From IMG/VR virus record IMGVR_UViG_3300014720_000036, positions 1 to 62,450 of that record: a stretch of 62,450 nt of DNA; one strand, written 5' to 3'. Each line of letters opens with the position of its first letter. Positions within the stretch are counted from its first letter, which is position 1. A program made the translations under genes and the position numbers. The stretch is from a virus (lineage: Duplodnaviria > Caudoviricetes). The notes under the pieces are model-generated. The model searched no databases. It saw nothing but the letters and a program-made list of their open reading frames with translations, and was not told where the DNA came from. This document shows positions 27,595 to 37,460 of the stretch, one piece after another.

Positions 27595-30129
27595 TCAGGC
27601 GAACAGGGTGTCGAGGCTAGCCTCGTCCTCGACCTTCCAGCCGACGATGTCGAGCAGTTTCTTGAGGGGCTCAAGGAAAGCCTTGTCGAACTGCATCTCC
27701 CTGTCGATGTAGCGATCCAAGCCGAACTCTTCGGGAAGCACGGTCACGAACGAGATGACATGCTCACGGATCGGGTTCGGCTCCTTGAGATAGCAGAACT
27801 TGATCTTGTCCCCCTCCCTGATGAGGGGGTACGACTTCGTGAGTTTCTTCGTCTTGACGAGATGGTTGTATATGAGTCCACCCTTGACGGCGATGGGTGT
27901 GGACTTCTTGTAGATCGACGCTGCGTCTGCATACTCGTCAAGGTTGTTGCACCCACGGGGGAACGAGATCTGCTGCACCGAGAGCCCCATGAACTCGTCG
28001 TGGAATCCATCCACGAATGACCGAAGGGCACCCTCGTCAGATGTGAGGATCAGACTGATCGCCTGATGGAGGCTGCTGCGAACGACCTGCGGAGTCGATG
28101 ACCGCACGACCTCAAGACCCGTCACCTTGATGTCGGGTTCGTCCATGTAGACATCGTCCTCGCCCATGTGTACGGCGAGGCAGTACCTCTTCTTCGCAGC
28201 CCACAGTCCACGCATTGCGATGTTCTCACGCTTCATGCTCATGCGGTTCGCATATGCGTTCATGCCGACCGAGAGTTCTTCGTACCACCTTGAAATCCTT
28301 GGGAGGATGATCTCGTTGCAAGACCTATTGAGGAACTGCACCGTCTCCTTGGTGGGTTTCTCACCGAGGACCTTGGAGACCAATGGACCGAGGTGCAGGT
28401 ACACCGAGTCCGTGTCGGAGGCGATGACATAGTCGTGACCTTCCGTGGCGCAGGTCTTGTTGAGGAAGCGGTTCAACTTCTGTTCGATCCACTTGATCGA
28501 CAACTTGCCCGACCATGTGATCGCCTCGGCGATGCGGAGGTCGTAGTATCGGAAGTACTGGTTGCCCATGGCACCGAATGCCGAGTTCAACTGCACCTTG
28601 CGGACGAGTTGGAAGTTGTGGTACTTCGATACCTCCTTCTTTTTCGCCCCTACCTCCTCGGGGGAAGCCTTGTCCGAGTTCTTTTTCAGCCAACCCTTGG
28701 CTTCGACCGAGAGCCTCTTGTATTCCTTACGCTGCTTGTACATCGTGTCCATGAGTTCGGGGAGGAACCCATGGATGTCCCTGCGGTACATGGTGCCGTT
28801 ACCCGCCACGGAGAGATTGCGCTCCCGTGCGGAGGCAAGGGCGGGGGCAAACTTCTCGGGATCGGCGAGAAGGGTGTCCGCAGTCATGTCGGGGATCCTC
28901 TCGTCGGCGATGGTCTCGGGTGAGAGGTTGTACTGCATGATGAGGTGCGGGTACAGACTGTCGAGGTCGAACGAGGCGACCCACTCATAGGGGCTCGGCT
29001 TCGGCTCCTTCACATAGGCACCCGCAAACTGCTCACGCTTCTCGACCGATGGCTTCGGAGGAATGGCGATCCTCTTGGTCCGCAGGTAGTGGTAGATGAT
29101 GCTGTCCCACATGCGCACCTGCGAGAAGACATCGTCAAGGTTCGTCCGTGCGCTGTAGGCGAGTGCCTGAGCGAGTTCGATCAGCCGCAACTTGTCCTCA
29201 AGTTGGAGGACGAGGCGGGTGTCCTTGATGTTGTACTCCATGAACCGTTGGAAGTCCTGCTTGTACAGGTTGGAGAGGGTACCGATATCGGAGTAGTCGA
29301 TCTTGCCCTCGCCGAGTTCGATCATGGCGATGTGCTGCAACTTGTACGATTCACGGGTGACGAAGGTGAACTTCTTGTACAGGTCGTAGTAGTCAAGTAC
29401 CGAGATCCCCGCAAGGTCGTAGACCTGATTGTCTCTGTCCATCACGACAACCTTGCGGCTGCGGATCTCGCCCCATGGGGATAGCCTCTTGACCGCCTTG
29501 GGACCGAGGATTCGGCTGATCCTGCCGTGGAGATAGGGGATGTCGTACAGTTGGGCGTTCCACCCCGTGACGATGTCACAGTCGAGTTCCTCCCAAATGT
29601 CGAGGAACCTGTGCAGGAGACTCGCCTCGTCTGTGAACGAGTGGCACACGGCACCCTCGACGGAAAACTCCCCGAGCCCGAGGGCGTGTACCTCGTTTCC
29701 TTGGATCATCGTGATGGCATTGACACGCTCTCGGGGGTCATCGACCAAAGCGAACCCATCCTCGCTCTCGACCTCAATGTCGATGGAAAGGACACGGATG
29801 AAGGCGGGATCATACGGGATCTCGCCGTCGCTTCCGTACCTGTCAGCGATGAACTGATACTCGGGGTCGATGTCGCCATAGACACCGAAGCCGCCTACCC
29901 CATCGTACTGACCGACGAACTGCCTCGCCTCGTACATGGTGTCGAAGTCGATGGGATCGACCATCCTGCCGTCGATGGTTCGCCACGATGTCCCCTTCGG
30001 CTTGCTCGTCGTGACGAACAGGGTCGGTCGGTAGGTGAGGGATTCGTGGAGTCGGCGACCCTTCTCGTCGTAGCCCCTGTGGAGGATGCGACTGCCCTTG
30101 GTGCTGACGGCGGTGTAAAAGGGCTTCAT
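27595..30129 (-). CDS. gp43: Family B DNA polymerase (T4 gp43-like)
   Basis: Exonuclease DIEV, GWN..YDIPY and YNIKD; polymerase SFDLDSLYP, KVQLNSAFG, DTDS and KKRY. Start MKPFY. Confidence 0.97.
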   Translation of the reverse strand: MKPFYTAVSTKGSRILHRGYDEKGRRLHESLTYRPTLFVTTSKPKGTSWRTIDGRMVDPIDFDTMYEARQFVGQYDGVGGFGVYGDIDPEYQFIADRYGSDGEIPYDPAFIRVLSIDIEVESEDGFALVDDPRERVNAITMIQGNEVHALGLGEFSVEGAVCHSFTDEASLLHRFLDIWEELDCDIVTGWNAQLYDIPYLHGRISRILGPKAVKRLSPWGEIRSRKVVVMDRDNQVYDLAGISVLDYYDLYKKFTFVTRESYKLQHIAMIELGEGKIDYSDIGTLSNLYKQDFQRFMEYNIKDTRLVLQLEDKLRLIELAQALAYSARTNLDDVFSQVRMWDSIIYHYLRTKRIAIPPKPSVEKREQFAGAYVKEPKPSPYEWVASFDLDSLYPHLIMQYNLSPETIADERIPDMTADTLLADPEKFAPALASARERNLSVAGNGTMYRRDIHGFLPELMDTMYKQRKEYKRLSVEAKGWLKKNSDKASPEEVGAKKKEVSKYHNFQLVRKVQLNSAFGAMGNQYFRYYDLRIAEAITWSGKLSIKWIEQKLNRFLNKTCATEGHDYVIASDTDSVYLHLGPLVSKVLGEKPTKETVQFLNRSCNEIILPRISRWYEELSVGMNAYANRMSMKRENIAMRGLWAAKKRYCLAVHMGEDDVYMDEPDIKVTGLEVVRSSTPQVVRSSLHQAISLILTSDEGALRSFVDGFHDEFMGLSVQQISFPRGCNNLDEYADAASIYKKSTPIAVKGGLIYNHLVKTKKLTKSYPLIREGDKIKFCYLKEPNPIREHVISFVTVLPEEFGLDRYIDREMQFDKAFLEPLKKLLDIVGWKVEDEASLDTLFA

Positions 30130-31304
30130 GCGAATAGATCGGTGAGTGGGATCGGGCACTCCTTCGTGATCCTGTCGGTTGCGATCTTGATGTATTCGGG
30201 GTTCAGTTCGGTTCCGACGAAGTTCCTGCCGTGCTTGAGGGACACGACACAGGTGGTTCCCGATCCCGTGAAGGGGTCGAGGACGATGCCACCTTCGGGA
30301 CATCCCGCTAGGACGCAAGGTTCGATGAGATCGGGAGGGAAGGTGGCGAAGTGCGCTCCCTTGAACGGCTTCGTGGTCACCGTCCACACCGAACGCTTGT
30401 TGCGAGTGCCATCGCTTTCATTCATAAGACCACGCAGCCCCCTGTTGTCACCAGCAATGTTATCTGCGTTCTTGTTGTTCTCTGCTCGTCCGCTTCCTTT
30501 CGTGTGGTATCTGTTGTGGTGATCCGAATATGTCGCCTTCTCCTTGATCGCTTCATTGTCGTAGTAGTACCTCGGGTTCTTCGTCAGGAGGAAGATGTAT
30601 TCGTGTGCCTTGGTGCAGCGGTCTTCCACGCTTTCGGGCATGGGATTGGGCTTGTGCCAGATGATGTCCTGACGGAGATACCAACCATCAGCCTGTAGTG
30701 CAAAGGCGACACGCCACGGGATGCCGATCAAGTCCTTCGTCTTCAATCCCACCTGATCCCTGCGGTTGGCGGGGACGAAGTCGGTCGGCATGCTGCGATA
30801 GTTTCCGTTCGCCACGGTCTGCGGCGGAGGGGCGCAGTTCTTCGCCGACATGTACGAGTCGCCGAGGTTCAGCCACACCGTGCCATCGTCACGGAGTACC
30901 CTGCGGACGGAACGGAAGACCTCGACCATCTTGGAGACATACCCCTCTACCGTGTCTTCCTGACCGATCTGCGAGTCCGTGCGCTTGGCTCCGCACTTTT
31001 TGCACAGGTGTCGGTGCTGTATGCCCTTGCCGATCTGCTCGTCATGTACCCGTGTGCGTGTGCTGCCGTCCATACGCTCACCCACGGCTATCATGGACTT
31101 CTTCTGCCTCATGCGTTCTTCCATAGCAGTCTCATCAATGTGATCGCAGTTGGAGTCACCTCCCTCCCATGTTCCCGTTCCGTAGTCACGGAGTCCGAAA
31201 TACGGAGGAGATGTGATGCAAGTGTGGACGCAGCCATCGGGCAGAGTCCTCATTCCTTCGATACAGTCGCCTAAGATGATGTTGTAGCGGTGGTCTTTGG
31301 TCAT
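30126..31304 (-). CDS. DNA methyltransferase (beta class, SPPY, probably N4-C)
   Basis: TSPPY, WLNLGD, IIWHKPNPMPES, HFATFP and VLDPFTGSGTT; Cys-containing insertion. Confidence 0.92.
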   Translation of the reverse strand: MTKDHRYNIILGDCIEGMRTLPDGCVHTCITSPPYFGLRDYGTGTWEGGDSNCDHIDETAMEERMRQKKSMIAVGERMDGSTRTRVHDEQIGKGIQHRHLCKKCGAKRTDSQIGQEDTVEGYVSKMVEVFRSVRRVLRDDGTVWLNLGDSYMSAKNCAPPPQTVANGNYRSMPTDFVPANRRDQVGLKTKDLIGIPWRVAFALQADGWYLRQDIIWHKPNPMPESVEDRCTKAHEYIFLLTKNPRYYYDNEAIKEKATYSDHHNRYHTKGSGRAENNKNADNIAGDNRGLRGLMNESDGTRNKRSVWTVTTKPFKGAHFATFPPDLIEPCVLAGCPEGGIVLDPFTGSGTTCVVSLKHGRNFVGTELNPEYIKIATDRITKECPIPLTDLFA

Positions 31305-32047
31305 TGCATGAGTCCGTGCAGACCCATGCACCTCTCCGCACGATCCTTGGCGATGAGGACGGCATTCGGATTGCTGTCCACGCCGACCACATTCCTGCCG
31401 AGGCGCAACGCCGCCTCAACGGTCGTGCCCGAGCCACACATGGGGTCTAGGACTAGATCGCCCCTATCCGTGTACGCTTTCATCAACCTCTCAAGGAGTT
31501 CAAGAGGTTTCTGTGTTGGGTAGCCGTTCCTCTCCTTCGCCGTGGTCGAGAGGATGCCGATCTGCCACCAATCATTCATAATGCGACCATCGGGATGGAA
31601 CCCCTCCCTGCCGCCGTAGTCCCTCGGGTACGGCTCACGGATCAGGTTGAAGCGGCAGAGGTCGGCATCCTTGGCATACACGAAAAGGTTGTCGTGCTTC
31701 CGTGAGAAGTGACGCTTCGATGCCCCGCCCGAGGCGTAGCACCAAATGATCTCGTTGCGGAAGTTCCTCGGGAGGAAGATGTTCTCAAGGGACATCCTCA
31801 CACGGTGGGAGGCATGCCAATCGACATGGACGCACAGGTTCCCGTGGGGCTTGAGGATTCGCCGTGCCTGTACGAAGGTCGAGATCAGCATCCCCATGTA
31901 GTGGTCGATGCTGTTCCACTTGTCGCTGAACTCCCCGAAGTCCCTGTCGCAGTAGTACGGGGGGTCGAGGTAGATGAAGTCGTACTTGTCGGAAGGCTCA
32001 CCGACCATGAAGTCGATGGCATCGGAGTTGAAGACCTCGTAGTTCAC
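31301..32047 (-). CDS. DNA methyltransferase (beta class, DPPY, probably N6-A)
   Basis: YLDPPY, NEIIW, YPTQKP and VLDPMCGSGTT. Confidence 0.92.
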   Translation of the reverse strand: MNYEVFNSDAIDFMVGEPSDKYDFIYLDPPYYCDRDFGEFSDKWNSIDHYMGMLISTFVQARRILKPHGNLCVHVDWHASHRVRMSLENIFLPRNFRNEIIWCYASGGASKRHFSRKHDNLFVYAKDADLCRFNLIREPYPRDYGGREGFHPDGRIMNDWWQIGILSTTAKERNGYPTQKPLELLERLMKAYTDRGDLVLDPMCGSGTTVEAALRLGRNVVGVDSNPNAVLIAKDRAERCMGLHGLMQ

Positions 32048-33525
32048 TCAAAGAGTCCCTTCAGGTCGTTGTTCACCATGCTCGACGCAGCGTGGTCGAT
32101 GCGGTGTTTGGCGATCTCCGCATACTCGGGGTTCATTTCGATCCCCACGAATCGGAAGCCTTCAAGCATCGCCGCCTTCCCTGTCGATCCGCTGCCCATG
32201 AACGGGTCGAGGACGATCCCGTTTGGTTGAGTCACTAGACGGCAGAGATAGCGCATAAGGGCGGTGGGCTTGACGGTTGGGTGGTAGTTACGGGGCGAAA
32301 TAACGCGGTTCAGCCCGATGTCTTGTCCCTTGTCGTATCCCTCTCCGTTCAACTGTGCGCCGTTTGACATCCCAGACTTGCGCTCCTCCAACCCCTCGCA
32401 CCCCTCGTCCCGATCCGCCTTGCTCGCCTTGGCGCAGTAGAAGAAGCGGGCGGCGGAGCCTCTGTCGCCGTAGCCTATGTCGCCCTGTGGACTCCCCGCT
32501 GTGCCGAAATGAGAGACTGTTTGGTTGCCACGAACAGCCACGCCAGCCTTGACGCTTGGAAACAGCCCCACCACCTCGTCGCTTCCGTCGTGGATGAGGT
32601 TGGCGGGGAAGCGACCGACCTCGCTGTGTTGGTTCGCTTTGGTCGAATCGTAGTTGTCACCCAAACCTGTTTGGGAAGGTCTGCCGTTCGCACCGCATTT
32701 ATAGTCCCCGTTCAACTCCACCCTGCAACCATCCACATTGATCGCCCCCGTCCCATGCCGCAATACATTCTTCGCAACCGTGCCACACAGCGGCTTGCGG
32801 GCGACGATGATCGGTTCCCATGCGGGCTTCAGGGCTGTTCCCCAACCTTGCCATTGCTTTGCCGCTTCGGTGGCAGGAGCGGTGATGTCCACGACTCTGC
32901 TTGACGAAACGGAGTTGGGGCGTTTTGCAAAGTCATCGCCGCCGCTACGAGCGTGCTTCACATGACCAAGTTTTTCCCCGATGGCTTCATACATATCCTC
33001 CGCCCAATCAGGAACCTTGCCAAATTTCTCACAGAGCATGACGAACTTATCTTCTGGCAGGGTTTGCGGACACGGCGTATTTTCACCGAGGTAGTGGTCG
33101 ATTTGGCGTGTCGTGACACCACACGCAGAAGCAAGAGCCTCCCTAGTGCCAAGCGATTTCAGCCACGGGCGGATCACTTCGTTGCTGGCTCGTCGCTTGT
33201 CAATCGCCTTGCTCACATCATGGCTCTTGGGGAACCCCGATCCGTAGACCCACATGATGCAGTCCCGAATCTCCCATCCTGCATCCTCAATGGCACAGGC
33301 AAGGCGGTGGTAAGTGCGGGTTCCTCCGAAAGCGAGAAGATGCGCACCTGGCTTGGCGACACGGATGGCTTCGATCCAAAAGTCCTTCGCAGGGATTCCA
33401 TGATCCCATTCCTTCCCCATGAACTCAAGTCCATAGGGAGGATCGGTCACGATGGAGTCGATGGAGTCGGGGTCGAGTTCCCGCATCTTGTCGAGGCAGT
33501 TTCCGATGAGGATTTCGTAGTTCAC
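32044..33525 (-). CDS. DNA methyltransferase (beta class, DPPY) with inserted HTH
   Basis: TDPPYGL, GSGFPKS, HPTVKP and LDPFMGSGST; insert REALASACGVTTRQIDHY. Confidence 0.92.
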   Translation of the reverse strand: MNYEILIGNCLDKMRELDPDSIDSIVTDPPYGLEFMGKEWDHGIPAKDFWIEAIRVAKPGAHLLAFGGTRTYHRLACAIEDAGWEIRDCIMWVYGSGFPKSHDVSKAIDKRRASNEVIRPWLKSLGTREALASACGVTTRQIDHYLGENTPCPQTLPEDKFVMLCEKFGKVPDWAEDMYEAIGEKLGHVKHARSGGDDFAKRPNSVSSSRVVDITAPATEAAKQWQGWGTALKPAWEPIIVARKPLCGTVAKNVLRHGTGAINVDGCRVELNGDYKCGANGRPSQTGLGDNYDSTKANQHSEVGRFPANLIHDGSDEVVGLFPSVKAGVAVRGNQTVSHFGTAGSPQGDIGYGDRGSAARFFYCAKASKADRDEGCEGLEERKSGMSNGAQLNGEGYDKGQDIGLNRVISPRNYHPTVKPTALMRYLCRLVTQPNGIVLDPFMGSGSTGKAAMLEGFRFVGIEMNPEYAEIAKHRIDHAASSMVNNDLKGLFE

Positions 33526-34022
33526 TCAAAGAGTTCCTTCTTGATCTTGTTCCAATAAGCGGTGGTGTTCGCCCACGCCTTCTTGTCCTTCTCCTTGGTC
33601 GAGTGCTGCTTTTTGAGGATCCCGCCGCCGCCGTTGTGAATTCGGGCGAGTTGCTCAAGGGTGGCACCCTTGGGTGCGTACCGTGCGAGGTATGCACGGA
33701 CGATCCGCTCGGCGTAGACGGGGTCGAAGCAGTCCCGATACGACCCGCCGATGGACTTGTCGTGGTCGGTTGCGTCCTTCCAATATCCCCAATGGATCTG
33801 ATAGATCCCGATTGCCTTTCCCTTGTCGCCAACGGCGTTGGGGTTGTTGCTCGACTCGACGGTCGCCAAGGCGGGGAGAATCAGATCGACATTCGTGTCA
33901 ATCTGCGCCGAGGCTGCGGTCTGAATCGGAGACCCCGATGCAGAGGGTCCGTGGAGCCCTGCCGTTCCGATGATGATCGTGGAGATGAACACCGTTGCGA
34001 TGAGTGTCGATGGGATTCTCAT
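33522..34022 (-). CDS. Lysozyme-fold muralytic enzyme with N-terminal signal/anchor (candidate endolysin)
   Basis: Hydrophobic N-terminus; VES (catalytic Glu), GIYQI..YW.DA and ARIHNGG. Confidence 0.75.
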   Translation of the reverse strand: MRIPSTLIATVFISTIIIGTAGLHGPSASGSPIQTAASAQIDTNVDLILPALATVESSNNPNAVGDKGKAIGIYQIHWGYWKDATDHDKSIGGSYRDCFDPVYAERIVRAYLARYAPKGATLEQLARIHNGGGGILKKQHSTKEKDKKAWANTTAYWNKIKKELFE

Positions 34023-34344
34023 GGTTCTGCTCCTTCTTCTCTTGGAGGTAGGATTGAAACAACACGGCGTAGTTGATGATGTCGAGGATGGTGTCCTCGA
34101 CGGACTCGTCCTTCACTTGTAGTGTGCCCGCTTCGATGAACGAGGACAGTCGGCTCATCTTGTCCGTGAGTCGGACGAGGAATCCCTGCTCGGTCGAGCA
34201 GATGCCCATCGCCTCGCAGCGGGTGAAGTTGGCGAAGGGGCTCTCGCCACCACGACCTGCGTAGTCGTGGTTTTTCCTCTTCATCAGGTTGATCGCCAAC
34301 CCGCAGAGTCGCTCATGGTTCTTGAGGAGTTCTTCCCTGTTCAT
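33898..34344 (-). CDS. Nucleotide-modification-associated domain protein (DUF1599-like all-alpha NTP pyrophosphatase)
   Basis: KNHDYAG..FANF..DKMSRL..ESVEDTILDIINY; its tail overlaps the next gene. Confidence 0.75.
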   Translation of the reverse strand: MNREELLKNHERLCGLAINLMKRKNHDYAGRGGESPFANFTRCEAMGICSTEQGFLVRLTDKMSRLSSFIEAGTLQVKDESVEDTILDIINYAVLFQSYLQEKKEQNHENPIDTHRNGVHLHDHHRNGRAPRTLCIGVSDSDRSLGAD

Positions 34345-34345
34345 C

Positions 34346-34885
34346 TCATGCCTTTCCTGTCGAGCCGAAGCCCCCGTTGCGGGTTGTCCCTCTGTCCATC
34401 ACATCGTCCACTTGGAGAAAGATCGATGAGATCTTCTCCACGATTTCGCCTTGGCAGATGCGATCCCCGTGGCGAAGCGCAAGAACTGCGCTGCTTGTGT
34501 TCGTTACGGGAACCATCAGTTGTTCGATGTAGTCGGAGTCGATCACACCCTCGCAGTTGGCGAGCATGAGACCGCTCTTGACGGCGAGTCCCGAGCGCAT
34601 GTGGAGGCGCACGGAGTAGCCCCTCGGGATGTCGAGGATCAGTTGGGTAGGCAGGAGGGCTCGTTCGCCCTGCCTGAGTTCCAACACGACATCCTTGCTA
34701 CCGCTCATGTGGTCGGGAAAAGCCATCCCATGCGAATATGTGTTGTTCGCCGTCCACACATCGACCTTCCTGTGTCCCACGGGGAGACACAGTTTGATGT
34801 CGAAGCATGCGGAGTCCTCCGTCGCATAGGCGGGAGGGAAGGCTTCGGGGTGAAGACGCTTGTAGCCGAGGATCACGGAGTTCAT
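34346..34885 (-). CDS. dut: dUTPase (trimeric)
   Basis: SACFDI, RSGLA, GVIDSDY, GDRICQ and RNGGFGSTG. Confidence 0.95.
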   Translation of the reverse strand: MNSVILGYKRLHPEAFPPAYATEDSACFDIKLCLPVGHRKVDVWTANNTYSHGMAFPDHMSGSKDVVLELRQGERALLPTQLILDIPRGYSVRLHMRSGLAVKSGLMLANCEGVIDSDYIEQLMVPVTNTSSAVLALRHGDRICQGEIVEKISSIFLQVDDVMDRGTTRNGGFGSTGKA

Positions 34886-34903
34886 GGTGAAGAGTTGGTT
34901 GGC

Positions 34904-35353
34904 TCACTCGGACGGAGGCTCGGGGGGTTTCGACCCCTCGGGTTCCTCGGGTCGCCGCTTGCGGAGACCTATCCTGTACTTCGGTATGAGTTCCCACTCG
35001 GCTTTCTGCGAGTGGGGAAGGATCTTGAAGTGCCCGATGGAGCAGGTCGGCTCCTTGATTCGGGTCGGATCCACGACCTTGACGAGCCCCCATTCTTCTA
35101 GGAGACCCGTGATCGTGTTGCGACGAGCCTTGTCCGACTCGGAGAAGTCGGTGGGTAGCCCGTCCAACAAGAAGAGTTCCTTGAAGTGGACGATGTAGTA
35201 TCGACCCCTCTTATGCAAAATATGGCAGGACTGCCACAGTTTCTTCTCGGCCTTCGCCGAGATTCCGATCCTCGTCAGGGTCTCTTTGACCTTGAGGAAG
35301 GCATCGGGAGAGGGAAGAGTAACCTCCACTAGGTTGTCCACGATCTCGTTCAC
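34904..35353 (-). CDS. regA: Translational repressor RegA
   Basis: FLKVKETLTRIGI..QSCHILHKRGRYYIVHFKELF.LDG. Start uncertain (GTG). CTAAATA at 35377-35383. Confidence 0.93.
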   Translation of the reverse strand: MNEIVDNLVEVTLPSPDAFLKVKETLTRIGISAKAEKKLWQSCHILHKRGRYYIVHFKELFLLDGLPTDFSESDKARRNTITGLLEEWGLVKVVDPTRIKEPTCSIGHFKILPHSQKAEWELIPKYRIGLRKRRPEEPEGSKPPEPPSE

Positions 35354-35379
35354 GACTTCGTAACTCGGTTTGGAGTTAT

Positions 35380-35772
35380 TTAGGGTGACCCGCCCTTCGC
35401 CTTGAGGATCCTGTCCCGAGCCTCGACATCCATGAGGGAGATGTACTCGTCGGCTCGTTTCCTCCCGATCCCATACCGCTGCATGACAGCCTGTACGAGT
35501 TCCTCGTTGCCCTCCTCGGGCTTGATCCACTTGTCGAACCTCTTCCTCCGCCTGACCGAGGCGTAGAGATAGTCGTACTGCATCCGCCTCTCCGTGAACG
35601 GGAGGCAGTTCATCTCGTTGGCATAGAGGATCGTGTCGGGGCTGAAAGACAGCCCACGGTTGACCACGAAGGGGGTGTAGTCCTTCTCGGTGTCGGGGGA
35701 GACCTCCATGAGGTTGCCCGTCTTCTCGTTGATGCTCTTGATGAAGTCGAAGGGGGAGAGTCTTTGGCTCAT
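35380..35772 (-). CDS. gp62: Clamp loader small subunit (gp62)
   Basis: PFDFIKSIN..YTPFVVNRGLS..ANEMN..QYDYL..RRRKRF. Confidence 0.9.
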   Translation of the reverse strand: MSQRLSPFDFIKSINEKTGNLMEVSPDTEKDYTPFVVNRGLSFSPDTILYANEMNCLPFTERRMQYDYLYASVRRRKRFDKWIKPEEGNEELVQAVMQRYGIGRKRADEYISLMDVEARDRILKAKGGSP

Positions 35773-36500
35773 GGGATGTTCACACCGTCGAGGTCGATGT
35801 CCTCGGATTTCAGGCTCACGATCAGCCTCATCGGGACATAGACCCACTTGTTCTTCTTGATGTCGTAGACGCTGTGCAGTAGGAATTGGTCGTAGGCGTT
35901 CGACCCATGGTAGCGGTCGATCAGGGGTGCCTCGACATACTCACGCCCGACCACGCATACTCGGTGGGCGATTTTCGTCTTTACCTTCTTGCCGCCCATG
36001 TCCTCGTATTCGATGTCGATGTGGTTTGGGTAGACGGCAGAGAGTGCAGCGTCCAACCATTCGGCAAGCATGACATCGGTCATGCCCGTGACATCGAAGT
36101 ACGAGCCGAGACCGCCGTTGCCGCTGTCATCGGAATGCTTCTTGGCTACCTTCATTGCGAAGTAGTTGTTCCGCTCCCGCAGGAAGGTCTGTCGGGCGTT
36201 GCTGCACTCTTTGATGAAGTCGGTGTAGGAGTACTTCCTGTCGAGCCGTTGGTTGATCTTGGAGACCTTCTCCAACTGATCGTCGTTGATCATGCTCGAC
36301 AGCAGCATGATCTTCTCCAATGGATTGACCACCTCCCCGACCGATACGGTCCTGACCGTGGAGTCAAAGTCATCCCAAAACCTGTCGCTGACCTCTTCGC
36401 CGAGCGACTGTCGGAACTCTTCGATGTAGGATTGGATCTGATACCGCTGACCGATCTCATGGATCGATATGGACAGATCGTTGAGGCTTTTCACGACCAT
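35769..36500 (-). CDS. Hypothetical protein inserted between gp44 and gp62
   Basis: Long ORF with phage codon style; CTAAATA at 36524-36530 and a GGGGG ribosome binding site. Confidence 0.65.
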   Translation of the reverse strand: MVVKSLNDLSISIHEIGQRYQIQSYIEEFRQSLGEEVSDRFWDDFDSTVRTVSVGEVVNPLEKIMLLSSMINDDQLEKVSKINQRLDRKYSYTDFIKECSNARQTFLRERNNYFAMKVAKKHSDDSGNGGLGSYFDVTGMTDVMLAEWLDAALSAVYPNHIDIEYEDMGGKKVKTKIAHRVCVVGREYVEAPLIDRYHGSNAYDQFLLHSVYDIKKNKWVYVPMRLIVSLKSEDIDLDGVNIP

Positions 36501-36526
36501 CGGATGCCCCCCTTCGTCGCCCGTAT

Positions 36527-37459
36527 TTAGGCTTTGAAGGTGCATTCCGATGCGAGGACCACGCAACAGGCGGCGAGGTTGAGTTCCTGATCGGCGGCGA
36601 AGGCAGACTTATACTGATAGTCCGACAGGGTGATGACCGCCTGAGGAACCGAAGAGGGCTGCAACGAGTCGAGCAGGGTCTCGTAGATCCTGCGGAACAC
36701 ATGAGCGGTGTCCTTGTCGGCGTTCTCCACGACCCACTTGCGTATGTCACCGAAAGACTTCGCCTTGAGTGCTTTGATGAGAGAGTCCATGGCGATGTCG
36801 GAGGTGACGAGGATTCCCGCATCGATTGAGCCCGACACCGAGTACCGCTGCACCTCGTTGAGGACACGGCGGAAGTCGGGGAAGTGCTTGATGATCAGTT
36901 CGGCGAGGACACGATCCTCATGCACGACACCCTCGGCATCAAGGATTCCCTTGAGTCTGCCGTGGAAGTCTTTCGCCATCCTCGCCTTCTCCTTGGCGGG
37001 GATCTTGAAGTCGATCACCGTGCAGCGGGAGTGGAGGGGATCGATGACCCTGTTCTTGAAGTTGCAGGTGAGGATGAACCGACAGTTCGACCCGAACTCC
37101 TCCATGAAGCCACGGAGAGCGGGCTGTGTCGATTGGGGGTTCAGGTAGTCCGCCTCGTCAAGGATGACCACCTTGGTGCCACCACCAAGTGAGACGGCGG
37201 AGGCGAACTGCCTGATGCGGGTGCGCAGGGTGTCGATGCCGCCGTCCTCGGATGCGTTGATGAACAGCACATCACGACCGAGTTCGTCGCACACCGCTCG
37301 GGCGACCGTGGTCTTGCCGCAACCTGCGCCCCCGCAGAGGATCATGTTCGGGATGTCGCCCGACTTGACGATGTCCGAGAAGGTCTCGGACAGTCCCTTG
37401 GGTAGGACGCAGTCCGAGACCTTCTTTGGACGGTACTTCTCTACGAGTAGGTCGTTCAT
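36527..37459 (-). CDS. gp44: Clamp loader large subunit (gp44, AAA+)
   Basis: EKYRP, GAGCGKTT, INAS, ILDEAD, LHSRC and FPDFR. Confidence 0.96.
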   Translation of the reverse strand: MNDLLVEKYRPKKVSDCVLPKGLSETFSDIVKSGDIPNMILCGGAGCGKTTVARAVCDELGRDVLFINASEDGGIDTLRTRIRQFASAVSLGGGTKVVILDEADYLNPQSTQPALRGFMEEFGSNCRFILTCNFKNRVIDPLHSRCTVIDFKIPAKEKARMAKDFHGRLKGILDAEGVVHEDRVLAELIIKHFPDFRRVLNEVQRYSVSGSIDAGILVTSDIAMDSLIKALKAKSFGDIRKWVVENADKDTAHVFRRIYETLLDSLQPSSVPQAVITLSDYQYKSAFAADQELNLAACCVVLASECTFKA

Positions 37460-37460
37460 A

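Noticed and set aside
13839-30129. Inteins or introns in gp41 helicase or gp43 polymerase
   Set aside because: Both are continuous and of normal length, with no Hint-domain motifs.
33898-34885. Hypermodified-base DNA pathway inferred from the DUF1599-like gene, dUTPase and glycosyltransferases
   Set aside because: No base-modifying synthase (dCMP/dUMP hydroxymethylase, PurZ, queuosine-pathway genes) is visible here. ThyX and conventional methyltransferases suggest ordinary bases. It cannot be excluded for the rest of the genome.
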